From NCBI RefSeq assembly GCF_009914755.1, contig NC_060925.1: a DNA stretch of 64,000 bases. One strand, given 5' to 3'. The position numbers and the translations under genes were made by a program. This DNA comes from the human T2T-CHM13v2.0 reference genome, Homo sapiens. Position 1 is the stretch's first letter. Every line of letters starts with the position of its first letter. Under the pieces are notes generated by a model. The model saw nothing but the letters and a program-made list of their open reading frames with translations. It searched no databases and was not told the origin of the DNA. This document shows positions 43,601-57,249 of the stretch, one piece after another.

Positions 43601-46600
43601 TGGAAAGGAATGGAATCATCGCATAGAATCGAATGGAATTATCATCGAATGGAATCGAATGGTATCAACACCAAACGGAAAAAAACGGAATTATCGAATG
43701 GAATCGAAGAGAATCTTCGAACGGACCCGAATGGAATCATCTAATGGAATGGAATGGAATAATCCATGGACTCGAATGCAATCATCATCGAATGGAATGG
43801 AATGGAATCATCGAATGGACTCGAATGGAATAATCATTGAACGGAATCGAATGGAATCATCATCGGATGGAAACGAATGGAATCATCATCGAATGGAAAT
43901 GAAAGGAGTCATCATCTAATGGAATTGCATGGAATCATCATAAAATGGAATCGAATGGAATCAACATCAAATGGAATCAAATGGAATCATTGAACGGAAT
44001 TGAATGGAATCGTCATCGAATGAATTGACTGCAATCACCGAATGGTCTCGAATGGAATCATCTTCAAATGGAATGGAATGGAATCATCGCATAGAATCGA
44101 ATGGAATTATCATCGAATGGAATCGAATGGAATCAACATCAAACGGAAAAAAACGGAATTATCGAATGGAATCGAAGAGAATCATCGAATGGACCCGAAT
44201 GGAATCATCTAATGGAATGGAATGGAATAATCCATGGACTCGAATGCAATCATCATCGAATGGAATCGAATGGAATCATCGAATGGACTCGAATGGAATA
44301 ATCATTGAACGGAATCGAATGGAATCATCATCGGATGGAAATGAATGGAATCATCATCGAATGGAATCGAATAGAATTATGGAATGAAATCCAGTGTGAT
44401 CATCATCGAATGGACCCGAATGGAATCATCATCCAACGGAAGCTAATGGAATCAACATCGAATGAATCGAATGGAAACACCATCGAATTGAAACGAATGG
44501 AATTATCATGAAATTGAAATGGATGGACTCATCATCGAATGGATTCGAATGGAATCATCGAATAAAATTGATTGAAATCATCATCCAATGGAATCGAATG
44601 GTATCATTGAATGGAATCGAATGGAATCATCATCAGATGGAAATGAATGGAATCGTCATAGAATGGAATCGAATGGATTCATTGAATGGAATCAGATGGA
44701 ATCATCGAATGGACTGGAATGGAATCATTGAATGGACTCGAAAGGGATCATTATTGAATGGAATTGAATGGAATCATCGAATGGTCTCGATTGGAATCAT
44801 TATCAAATGGAATGGAATGGAATCACCGAATAGAATCGAATGGAACAATCATCGAATGGACTCAAATGGAATTATCCTCCAATGGAATCGAATGGAATTA
44901 TCGAATGCAATCGAATGGAATTATCGAATGCAATCGAATAGAATCATCGAATGGACTCGAATGGAATCATCGAATGGAATGGAATGGAACAGTCAATGAA
45001 CTCGAATGGAATCATCATTGAATGGAATCGAATGGAATGATCGAGTGGAATCGAAAGAAATTATGATCAAATGGAAGCGAACGTAATCATCATCAAATGG
45101 AATCAAAAATAACCATCATCAATTGGTATTGAATGGAATTGTCATCAAATGGAATTCAAAGGAATCATCATCAAATGGAACCGAATGGAATCCTCATTGA
45201 ATGGAAATGAAAGGGGTCATCATCTAATGGAATCGCATGGAATCATCATCAAATGGAATCGAATGGAATCATCATCAAATGGAATCTAATGGAATCATTG
45301 AACAGAATTGAATGGAATCGTCATCGAATGAATTGAATGCAATCATCGAATGGTCTCGAATGGAATCATCTTCTAATGGAAAGGAATGGAATCATCGCAT
45401 AGAATCGAATGGAATTATCATCGAATGGAATCGAATGGTATCAACACCAAACGGAAAAAAACGGAATTATCGAATGGAATCGAAGAGAATCTTCGAACGG
45501 ACCCGAATGGAATCATCTAATGGAATGGAATGGAATAATCCATGGACTCGAATGCAATCATCATCGAATGGAATGGAATGGAATCATCGAATGGACTCGA
45601 ATGGAATAATCATTGAACGGAATCGAATGGAATCATCATCGGATGGAAACGAATGGAATCATCATCGAATGGAAATGAAAGGAGTCATCATCTAATGGAA
45701 TTGCATGGAATCATCATAAAATGGAATCGAATGGAATCAACATCAAATGGAATCAAATGGAATCATTGAACGGAATTGAATGGAATCGTCATCGAATGAA
45801 TTGACTGCAATCATCGAATGGTCTCGAATGGAATCATCTTCAAATGGAATGGAATGGAATCATCGCATAGAATCGAATGGAATTATCATCGAATGGAATC
45901 GAATGGAATCAACATCAAACGGAAAAAAACGGAATTATCGAATGGAATCGAAGAGAATCATCGAATGGACCCGAATGGAATCATCTAATGGAATGGAATG
46001 GAATAATCCATGGACTCGAATGCAATCATCATCGAATGGAATCGAATGGAATCATCGAATGGACTCGAATGGAATAATCATTGAACGGAATCGAATGGAA
46101 TCATCATCGGATGGAAATGAATGGAATCATCATCGAATGGAATCGAATAGAATTATGGAATGAAATCCAGTGTGATCATCATCGAATGGACCCGAATGGA
46201 ATCATCATCCAACGGAAGCTAATGGAATCAACATCGAATGAATCGAATGGAAACACCATCGAATTGAAACGAATGGAATTATCATGAAATTGAAATGGAT
46301 GGACTCATCATCGAATGGATTCGAATGGAATCATCGAATAAAATTGATTGAAATCATCATCCAATGGAATCGAATGGTATCATTGAATGGAATCGAATGG
46401 AATCATCATCAGATGGAAATGAATGGAATCGTCATAGAATGGAATCGAATGGATTCATTGAATGGAATCAGATGGAATCATCGAATGGACTGGAATGGAA
46501 TCATTGAATGGACTCGAAAGGGATCATTATTGAATGGAATTGAATGGAATCATCGAATGGTCTCGATTGGAATCATTATCAAATGGAATGGAATGGAATC

Positions 46601-49600
46601 ACCGAATAGAATCGAATGGAACAATCATCGAATGGACTCAAATGGAATTATCCTCCAATGGAATCGAATGGAATTATCGAATGCAATCGAATGGAATTAT
46701 CGAATGCAATCGAATAGAATCATCGAATGGACTCGAATGGAATCATCGAATGGAATGGAATGGAACAGTCAATGAACTCGAATGGAATCATCATTGAATG
46801 GAATCGAATGGAATCATCGAGTGGAATCGAATGGAATTATGATCAAATGGAATCGAATGTAATCCTCATCAAATGGAATCAAAAATAACCATCATCAATT
46901 GGTATTGAATGGAATTGTCATCAAATGGAATTCAAAGGAATCATCATCAAATGGAACCGAATGGAATCCTCATTGAATGGAAATGAAAGGGGTCATCATC
47001 TAATGGAATCGCATGGAATCATCATCAAATGGAATCGAATGGAATCATCATCAAATGGAATCTAATGGAATCATTGAACAGAATTGAATGGAATCGTCAT
47101 CGAATGAATTGAATGCAATCATCGAATGGTCTCGAATGGAATCATCTTCTAATGGAAAGGAATGGAATCATCGCATAGAATCGAATGGAATTATCATCGA
47201 ATGGAATCGAATGGTATCAACACCAAACGGAAAAAAACGGAATTATCGAATGGAATCGAAGAGAATCTTCGAACGGACCCGAATGGAATCATCTAATGGA
47301 ATGGAATGGAATAATCCATGGACTCGAATGCAATCATCATCGAATGGAATGGAATGGAATCATCGAATGGACTCGAATGGAATAATCATTGAACGGAATC
47401 GAATGGAATCATCATCGGATGGAAACGAATGGAATCATCATCGAATGGAAATGAAAGGAGTCATCATCTAATGGAATTGCATGGAATCATCATAAAATGG
47501 AATCGAATGGAATCAACATCAAATGGAATCAAATGGAATCATTGAACGGAATTGAATGGAATCGTCATCGAATGAATTGACTGCAATCACCGAATGGTCT
47601 CGAATGGAATCATCTTCAAATGGAATGGAATGGAATCATCGCATAGAATCGAATGGAATTATCATCGAATGGAATCGAATGGAATCAACATCAAACGGAA
47701 AAAAACGGAATTATCGAATGGAATCGAAGAGAATCATCGAATGGACCCGAATGGAATCATCTAATGGAATGGAATGGAATAATCCATGGACTCGAATGCA
47801 ATCATCATCGAATGGAATCGAATGGAATCATCGAATGGACTCGAATGGAATAATCATTGAACGGAATCGAATGGAATCATCATCGGATGGAAATGAATGG
47901 AATCATCATCGAATGGAATCGAATAGAATTATGGAATGAAATCCAGTGTGATCATCATCGAATGGACCCGAATGGAATCATCATCCAACGGAAGCTAATG
48001 GAATCAACATCGAATGAATCGAATGGAAACACCATCGAATTGAAACGAATGGAATTATCATGAAATTGAAATGGATGGACTCATCATCGAATGGATTCGA
48101 ATGGAATCATCGAATAAAATTGATTGAAATCATCATCCAATGGAATCGAATGGTATCATTGAATGGAATCGAATGGAATCATCATCAGATGGAAATGAAT
48201 GGAATCGTCATAGAATGGAATCGAATGGATTCATTGAATGGAATCAGATGGAATCATCGAATGGACTGGAATGGAATCATTGAATGGACTCGAAAGGGAT
48301 CATTATTGAATGGAATTGAATGGAATCATCGAATGGTCTCGATTGGAATCATTATCAAATGGAATGGAATGGAATCACCGAATAGAATCGAATGGAACAA
48401 TCATCGAATGGACTCAAATGGAATTATCCTCCAATGGAATCGAATGGAATTATCGAATGCAATCGAATGGAATTATCGAATGCAATCGAATAGAATCATC
48501 GAATGGACTCGAATGGAATCATCGAATGGAATGGAATGGAACAGTCAATGAACTCGAATGGAATCATCATTGAATGGAATCGAATGGAATCATCGAGTGG
48601 AATCGAATGGAATTATGATCAAATGGAATCGAATGTAATCCTCATCAAATGGAATCAAAAATAACCATCATCAATTGGTATTGAATGGAATTGTCATCAA
48701 ATGGAATTCAAAGGAATCATCATCAAATGGAACCGAATGGAATCCTCATTGAATGGAAATGAAAGGGGTCATCATCTAATGGAATCGCATGGAATCATCA
48801 TCAAATGGAATCGAATGGAATCATCATCAAATGGAATCTAATGGAATCATTGAACAGAATTGAATGGAATCGTCATCGAATGAATTGAATGCAATCATCG
48901 AATGGTCTCGAATGGAATCATCTTCTAATGGAAAGGAATGGAATCATCGCATAGAATCGAATGGAATTATCATCGAATGGAATCGAATGGTATCAACACC
49001 AAACGGAAAAAAACGGAATTATCGAATGGAATCGAAGAGAATCTTCGAACGGACCCGAATGGAATCATCTAATGGAATGGAATGGAATAATCCATGGACT
49101 CGAATGCAATCATCATCGAATGGAATGGAATGGAATCATTGAATGGACTCGAATGGAATAATCATTGAACGGAATCGAATGGAATCATCATCGGATGGAA
49201 ACGAATGGAATCATCATCGAATGGAAATGAAAGGAGTCATCATCTAATGGAATTGCATGGAATCATCATAAAATGGAATCGAATGGAATCAACATCAAAT
49301 GGAATCAAATGGAATCATTGAACGGAATTGAATGGAATCGTCATCGAATGAATTGACTGCAATCATCGAATGGTCTCGAATGGAATCATCTTCAAATGGA
49401 ATGGAATGGAATCATCGCATAGAATCGAATGGAATTATCATCGAATGGAATCGAATGGAATCAACATCCAACGGAAAAAAACGGAATTATCGAATGGAAT
49501 CGAAGAGAATCATCGAATGGACCCGAATGGAATCATCTAATGGAATGGAATGGAATAATCCATGGACTCGAATGCAATCATCATCGAATGGAATCGAATG

Positions 49601-52415
49601 GAATCATCGAATGGACTCGAATGGAATAATCATTGAACGGAATCGAATGGAATCATCATCGGATGGAAATGAATGGAATCATCATCGAATGGAATCGAAT
49701 AGAATTATGGAATGAAATCCAGTGTGATCATCATCGAATGGACCCGAATGGAATCATCATCCAACGGAAGCTAATGGAATCAACATCGAATGAATCGAAT
49801 GGAAACACCATCGAATTGAAACGAATGGAATTATCATGAAATTGAAATGGATGGACTCATCATCGAATGGATTCGAATGGAATCATCGAATAAAATTGAT
49901 TGAAATCATCATCCAATGGAATCGAATGGTATCATTGAATGGAATCGAATGGAATCATCATCAGATGGAAATGAATGGAATCGTCATAGAATGGAATCGA
50001 ATGGATTCATTGAATGGAATCAGATGGAATCATCGAATGGACTGGAATGGAATCATTGAATGGACTCGAAAGGGATCATTATTGAATGGAATTGAATGGA
50101 ATCATCGAATGGTCTCGATTGGAATCATTATCAAATGGAATGGAATGGAATCACCGAATAGAATCGAATGGAACAATCATCGAATGGACTCAAATGGAAT
50201 TATCCTCCAATGGAATCGAATGGAATTATCGAATGCAATCGAATGGAATTATCGAATGCAATCGAATAGAATCATCGAATGGACTCGAATGGAATCATCG
50301 AATGGAATGGAATGGAACAGTCAATGAACTCGAATGGAATTATCATTGAATGGAATCGAATGGAATCATCGAGTGGAATCGAATGGAATTATGATCAAAT
50401 GGAATCGAATGTAATCCTCATCAAATGGAATCAAAAATAACCATCATCAATTGGTATTGAATGGAATTGTCATCAAATGGAATTCAAAGGAATCATCATC
50501 AAATGGAACCGAATGGAATCCTCATTGAATGGAAATGAAAGGGGTCATCATCTAATGGAATCGCATGGAATCATCATCAAATGGAATCGAATGGAATCAT
50601 CATCAAATGGAATCTAATGGAATCATTGAACAGAATTGAATGGAATCGTCATCGAATGAATTGAATGCAATCATCGAATGGTCTCGAATGGAATCATCTT
50701 CTAATGGAAAGGAATGGAATCATCGCATAGAATCGAATGGAATTATCATCGAATGGAATCGAATGGTATCAACACCAAACGGAAAAAAACGGAATTATCG
50801 AATGGAATCGAAGAGAATCTTCGAACGGACCCGAATGGAATCATCTAATGGAATGGAATGGAATAATCCATGGACTCGAATGCAATCATCATCGAATGGA
50901 ATCGAATGGAATCATCGAATGGACTCGAATGGAATAATCATTGAACGGAATCGAATGGAATCATCATCGGATGGAAACGAATGGAATCATCATCGAATGG
51001 AAATGAAAGGAGTCATCATCTAATGGAATTGCATGGAATCATCATAAAATGGAATCGAATGGAATCAACATCAAATGGAATCAAATGGAATCATTGAACG
51101 GAATTGAATGGAATCGTCATCGAATGAATTGACTGCAATCATCGAATGGTCTCGAATGGAATCATCTTCAAATGGAATGGAATGGAATCATCGCATAGAA
51201 TCGAATGGAATTATCATCGAATGGAATCGAATGGAATCAACATCAAACGGAAAAAAACGGAATTATCGAATGGAATCGAAGAGAATCATCGAATGGACCC
51301 GAATGGAATCATCTAATGGAATGGAATGGAATAATCCATGGACTCGAATGCAATCATCATCGAATGGAATCGAATGGAATCATCGAATGGACTCGAATGG
51401 AATAATCATTGAACGGAAACGAATGGAATCATCATCGGATGGAAATGAATGGAATCATCATCGAATGGAATCGAATAGAATTATGGAATGAAATCCAGTG
51501 TGATCATCATCGAATGGACCCGAATGGAATCATCATCCAACGGAAGCTAATGGAATCAACATCGAATGAATCGAATGGAAACACCATCGAATTGAAACGA
51601 ATGGAATTATCATGAAATTGAAATGGATGGACTCATCATCGAATGGATTCGAATGGAATCATCGAATAAAATTGATTGAAATCATCATCGAATGGAATCG
51701 AATGGTATCATTGAATGGAATCGAATGGAATCATCATCAGATGGAAATGAATGGAATCGTCATAGAATGGAATCGAATGGATTCATTGAATGGAATCAGA
51801 TGGAATCATTGAATGGACTGGAATGGAATCATTGAATGGACTCGAAAGGGATCATGATTGAATGGAATTGAATGGAATCATCGAATGGTCTCGATTGGAA
51901 TCATTATCAAATGGAATCGAATGGAATCACCGAATAGAATCGAATGGAACAATCATCTAATGGACTCAAATGGAATTATCCTCAAATGGAATCGAATGGA
52001 ATTATCGAATGCAATCGAATGGAATTATCGAATGCAATCGAAGAGAATCATCGAATGGACTCGAATGGAATCATCGAATGGAATGGAATGGAACAGTCAA
52101 TGAACTCGAATGGAATCATCATTGAATGTAATCGAATGGAATCATCGAGTGGAATCGAATGGAATTATGATCAAATGGAATCGAATGTAATCCTCATCAA
52201 ATGGAATCAAAAATAACCATCATCAATTGGTATTGAATGGAATTGTCATCAAATGGAATTCAAAGGAATCATCATCAAATGGAACCGAATGGAATCCTCA
52301 TTGAATGGAAATGAAAGGGGTCATCATCTAATGGAATCGCATGGAATCATCATCAAATGGAATCGAATGGAATCAACATCAAATGGAATCTAATGGAATC
52401 ATTGAACGGAATTGA
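34656..52415 (+). repeat. Homogeneous run of ten exact-length 1776-bp units
   Basis: Marks at 34656, 36432, 38208, 39984, 41760, 43536, 45312, 47088, 48864, 50640 and 52416, all 1776 apart. Confidence 0.95.
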
Positions 52416-55031
52416 ATGGAATCGTCATCGAATGAATTGAATGCAATCATCGAATGGTCTCGAATGGAATCATCTTCAAATGGATTGGAATGGAATCATC
52501 GCATAGAATCGAATGGAATTATCATCGAATGGAATCGAATGGAATCAACATCAAACGGAAAAAAACGGAATTATCGAATGGAATCGAAGAGAATCATCGA
52601 ATGGACCCGAATGTTATCATCTAATGGAATGGAATGGAATAATCCATGGACTCGAATGCAATCATCATCGAATGGAATCGAATGGAATCATCGAATGGAC
52701 TCGAATGGAATAATCATTGAACGGAATCGAATGGAATCATCATCGGATGGAAACGAATGGAATCATCATCGAATGGAATCGAATAGATTTATGGAATGAA
52801 ATCCAGTGTGATCATCATCGAATGGACCCGAATGGAATCATCATCCAACGGAAGCTAATGGAATCAACATCGAATGAATGAAATGGAAACACCATCGAAT
52901 TGAAACGAATGGAATTACCATGAAATTGAAATGGATGGACTCATCATCAAATGGATTCGAATGGAATCATCGAATAAAATTGATTGAAATCATCATCGAA
53001 TGGAATCGAATGGTATCATTGAATGGAATCGAATGGAATCATCATCAGATGGAAATGAATGGAATCGTCATAGAATGGAATCGAATGGATTCATTGAATG
53101 GAATCAGATGGAATCAATGAATGGACTGGAATGGAATCATTGAATGGACTCGAAAGGGATCATTATTGAATGGAATTGAATGGAATCATCGAATGGTCTT
53201 GATTGGAATCATTATCAAATGGAATCGAATGGAATCACCGAATAGAATCGAATGGAACAATCATCGAATGGACTCAAATGGAATTATCCTCAAATGGAAT
53301 CGAATGGAATTATCGAATGCAATCGAATGGAATTATCGAATGCAATCGAATAGAATCATCGAATGAACTCGAATGGAATCATCGAATGGAATGGAATGGA
53401 ACAGTCAATGAACTCGAATGGAATCATCATTGAATGGAATCGAATGGAATCATCGAGTGGAATCGAATGGAATTATGATCAAATGGAATCGAATGTAATC
53501 ATCATCAAATGGAATCAAAAATAACCATCATCAATTGGTATTGAATGGAATTGTCATCAAATGGAATTCAAAGGAATCATCATCAAATGGAACCGAATGG
53601 AATCCTCATTGAATGGAAATGAAAGGGGTCATCATCTAATGGAATCGCATGGAATCATCATCAAATGGAATCGAATGGAATCATCATCAAATGGAATCTA
53701 ATGGAATCATTGAAAAGAATTGAATGGAATCGTCATCGAATGAATTGAATGCAATCATCGAATGGTCTCGAATGGAATCATCTTCTAATGGAAAGGAATG
53801 GAATCATCGCATAGAATCGAATGGAATTATCATCGAATGGAATCGAATGGTATCAACACCAAACGGAAAAAAACGGAATTATCGAATGGAATCGAAGAGA
53901 ATCTTCGAACGGACCCGAATGGAATCATCTAATGGAATGGAATGGAATAATCCATGGACTCGAATGCAGTCATCATCGAATGGAATCGAATGGAATCATC
54001 GAATGGACTCGAATGGAATAATCATTGAACGGAATCGAATGGAATCATCATCGGATGGAAATGAATGGAATCATCATCGAATGGAATCGAATAGAATTAT
54101 GGAATGAAATCCAGTGTGATCATCATCGAATGGACCCGAATGGAATCTTCATCCAACGGAAGCTAATGGAATCAACATCGAATGAATCGAATGGAAACAC
54201 CATCGAATTGAAACGAATGGAATTATCATGAAATTGAAATGGATGGACTCATCATCGAATGGATTCGAATGGAATCATCGAATAAAAGTGATTGAAATCA
54301 TTATCGAATGGAATCGAATGGTATCATTGAATGGAATCGAATGGAATCATCATCAGATGGAAATGAATGGAATCGTCATAGAATGGAATCGAATGGATTC
54401 ATTGAATGGAATCAGATGGAATCATTGAATGGACTGGAATGGAATCATTGAATGGACTCGAAAGGGATCATTATTGAATGGAATTGAATGGAATCATCGA
54501 ATGGTCTCGATTGGAATCATTATCAAATGGAATCGAATGGAATCACCGAATAGAATCGAATGGAACAATCATCGAATGGACTCAAATGGAATTATCCTCC
54601 AATGGAATCGAATGGAATTATCGAATGCAATCGAATGGAATTATCGAATGCAATCGAATAGAATCATCGAATGGACTCGAATGGAATCATCGAATGGAAT
54701 GGAATGGAACAGTCAATGAACTCGAATGGAATCATCATTGAATGGAATCGAATGGAATCATCGAGTGGAATCGAATGGAATTATGATCAAATGGAATCGA
54801 ATGTTATCATCATCAAATGGAATCAAAAATAACCATCATCAATTGGTATTGAATGGAATTGTCATCAAATGGAATTCAAAGGAATCATCATCAAATGGAA
54901 CCGAATGGAATCCTCATTGAATGGAAATGAAAGGGGTCATCATCTAATGGAATCGCATGGAATCATCATCAAATGGAATCGAATGGAATCATCATCAAAT
55001 GGAATCAAATGGAATCATTGAACAAAATTGA
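52416..55031 (+). repeat. Two 1308-bp units of a different haplotype from those at 22.5-33.9 kb
   Basis: Marks at 52416, 53724 and 55032. They lack the doubled aaaaataacc monomer. Confidence 0.9.
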
Positions 55032-57249
55032 ATGGAATCGTCATCGAATGAATTGAATGCAATCATCGAATGGTCTCGAATGGAATCATCTTCTAATGGA
55101 AAGGAATGGAATCATCGCATAGAATCGAATGGAATTATCATCGAATGGAATCGAATGGTATCAACACCAAACGGAAAAAAACGGAATTATCGAATGGAAT
55201 CGAAGAGAATCTTCGAACGGACCCGAATGGAATCATCTAATGGAATGGAATGGAATAATCCATGGACTCGAATGCAATCATCATCGAATGGAATCGAATG
55301 GAATCATCGAATGGACTCGAATGGAATAATCATTGAACGGAATCGAATGGAATCATCATCGGATGGAAACGAATGGAATCATCATCGAATGGAAATGAAA
55401 GGAGTCATCATCTAATGGAATTGCATGGAATCATCATAAAATGGAATCGAATGGAATCAACATCAAATGGAATCAAATGGAATCATTGAACGGAATTGAA
55501 TGGAATCGTCATCGAATGAATTGAATGCAATCATCGAATGGTCTCGAATGGAATCAACTTCAAATGGAATGGAATGGAATCATCGCATAGAATCGAATGG
55601 AATTATCATCGAATGGAATCGAATGGAATCAACATCAAACGGAAAAAAACGGAGTTATCGAATGGAATCGAAGAGAATCATCGAATGGACCCGAATGGAA
55701 TCATCTAATGGAATGGAATGGAATAATCCATGGACTCGAATGCAATCATCATCGAATGGAATCGAATGGAATCATCGAATGGACTCGAATGGAATAATCA
55801 TTGAACGGAATCGAATGGAATCATCATCGGATGGAAATGAAAGGAGTCATCATCTAATGGAATTGCATGGAATCATCATAAAATGGAATCGAATGGAATC
55901 AACATCAAATGGAATCAAATGGAATCATTGAACGGAATTGAATGGAATCGTCATCGAATGAATTGAAAGCAATCATCGAATGGTCTCGAATGGAATCATC
56001 TTCAAATGGAATGGAATGGAATCATCGCATAGAATCGAATGGAATTATCATCGAATGGAATCGAATGGAATCAACATCAAACGGAAAAAAACGGAATTAT
56101 CGAATGGAATCGAAGAGAATCATCGAAGGGACCCGAATGGAATCATCTAATGGAATGGAATGGAATAATCCATGGACTCGAATGCAATCATCATCGAATG
56201 GAATCGAATGGAATCATCGAATGGACTCGAATGGAATAATCATTGAACGGAATCGAATGGAATCATCATCGGATGGAAATGAATGGAATCATCATCGAAT
56301 GGAATCGAATAGAATTATGGAATGAAATCCAGTGTGATCATCATCGAATGGACCCGAATGGAATCATCATCCAACGGAAGCTAATGGAATCAACATCGAA
56401 TGAATCAAATGGAAACACCATCGAATTGAAACGAATGGAATTACCATGAAATTGAAATGGATGGACTCATCATCGAATGGATTCGAATGGAATCATCGAA
56501 TAAAATTGATTGAAATCATCATCGAATGGAATCGAATGGTATCATTGAATGGAATCGAATGCAATCATCATCAGATGGAAATGAATGGAATCGTCATAGA
56601 ATGGAATCGAATGGATTCATTGAATGGAATCAGATGGAATCATCGAATGGACTGGAATGGAATCATTGAATGGACTCGAAAGGGATCATTATTGAATGGA
56701 ATTGAATGGAATCATCGAATGGTCTCGATTGGAATCATTATCAAATGGAATCGAATGGAATCACCGAATAGAATCGAATGGAACAATCATCGAATGGACA
56801 CAAATGGAATTATCCTCAAATGGAATCGAATGGAATTATCGAATGCAATCGAATGGAATTATCGAATGCAATCGAATAGAATCATCGAATGGACTCGAAT
56901 GGAATCATCGAATGGAATGCAATGGAACAGTCAATAAACTCGAATGGAATCATCATTGAATGGAATCGAATGGAATCATCGAGTGGAATCGAATGTAATC
57001 ATCATCAAATGGAATCGAAAATAACCATCATCAAATGGAATCAAAAATAACCATCATCAATTGGTATTGAATGGAATTCTCATCAAATGGAATTCAAAGG
57101 AATCATCATCAAATGGAACCGAATGGAATCCTCATTGAATGGAAATGAAAGGGGTCATCATCTAATGGAATCGCATGGAATCATCATCAAATTGAATCGA
57201 ATGGAATCATCATCAAATGGAATCTAATGGAATCATTAAACAGAATTGA
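55032..57249 (+). repeat. Second 2218-bp variant unit (468+442+1308)
   Basis: Marks at 55032, 55500, 55942 and 57250. Hybrid monomer at 55823-55848. Confidence 0.92.
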
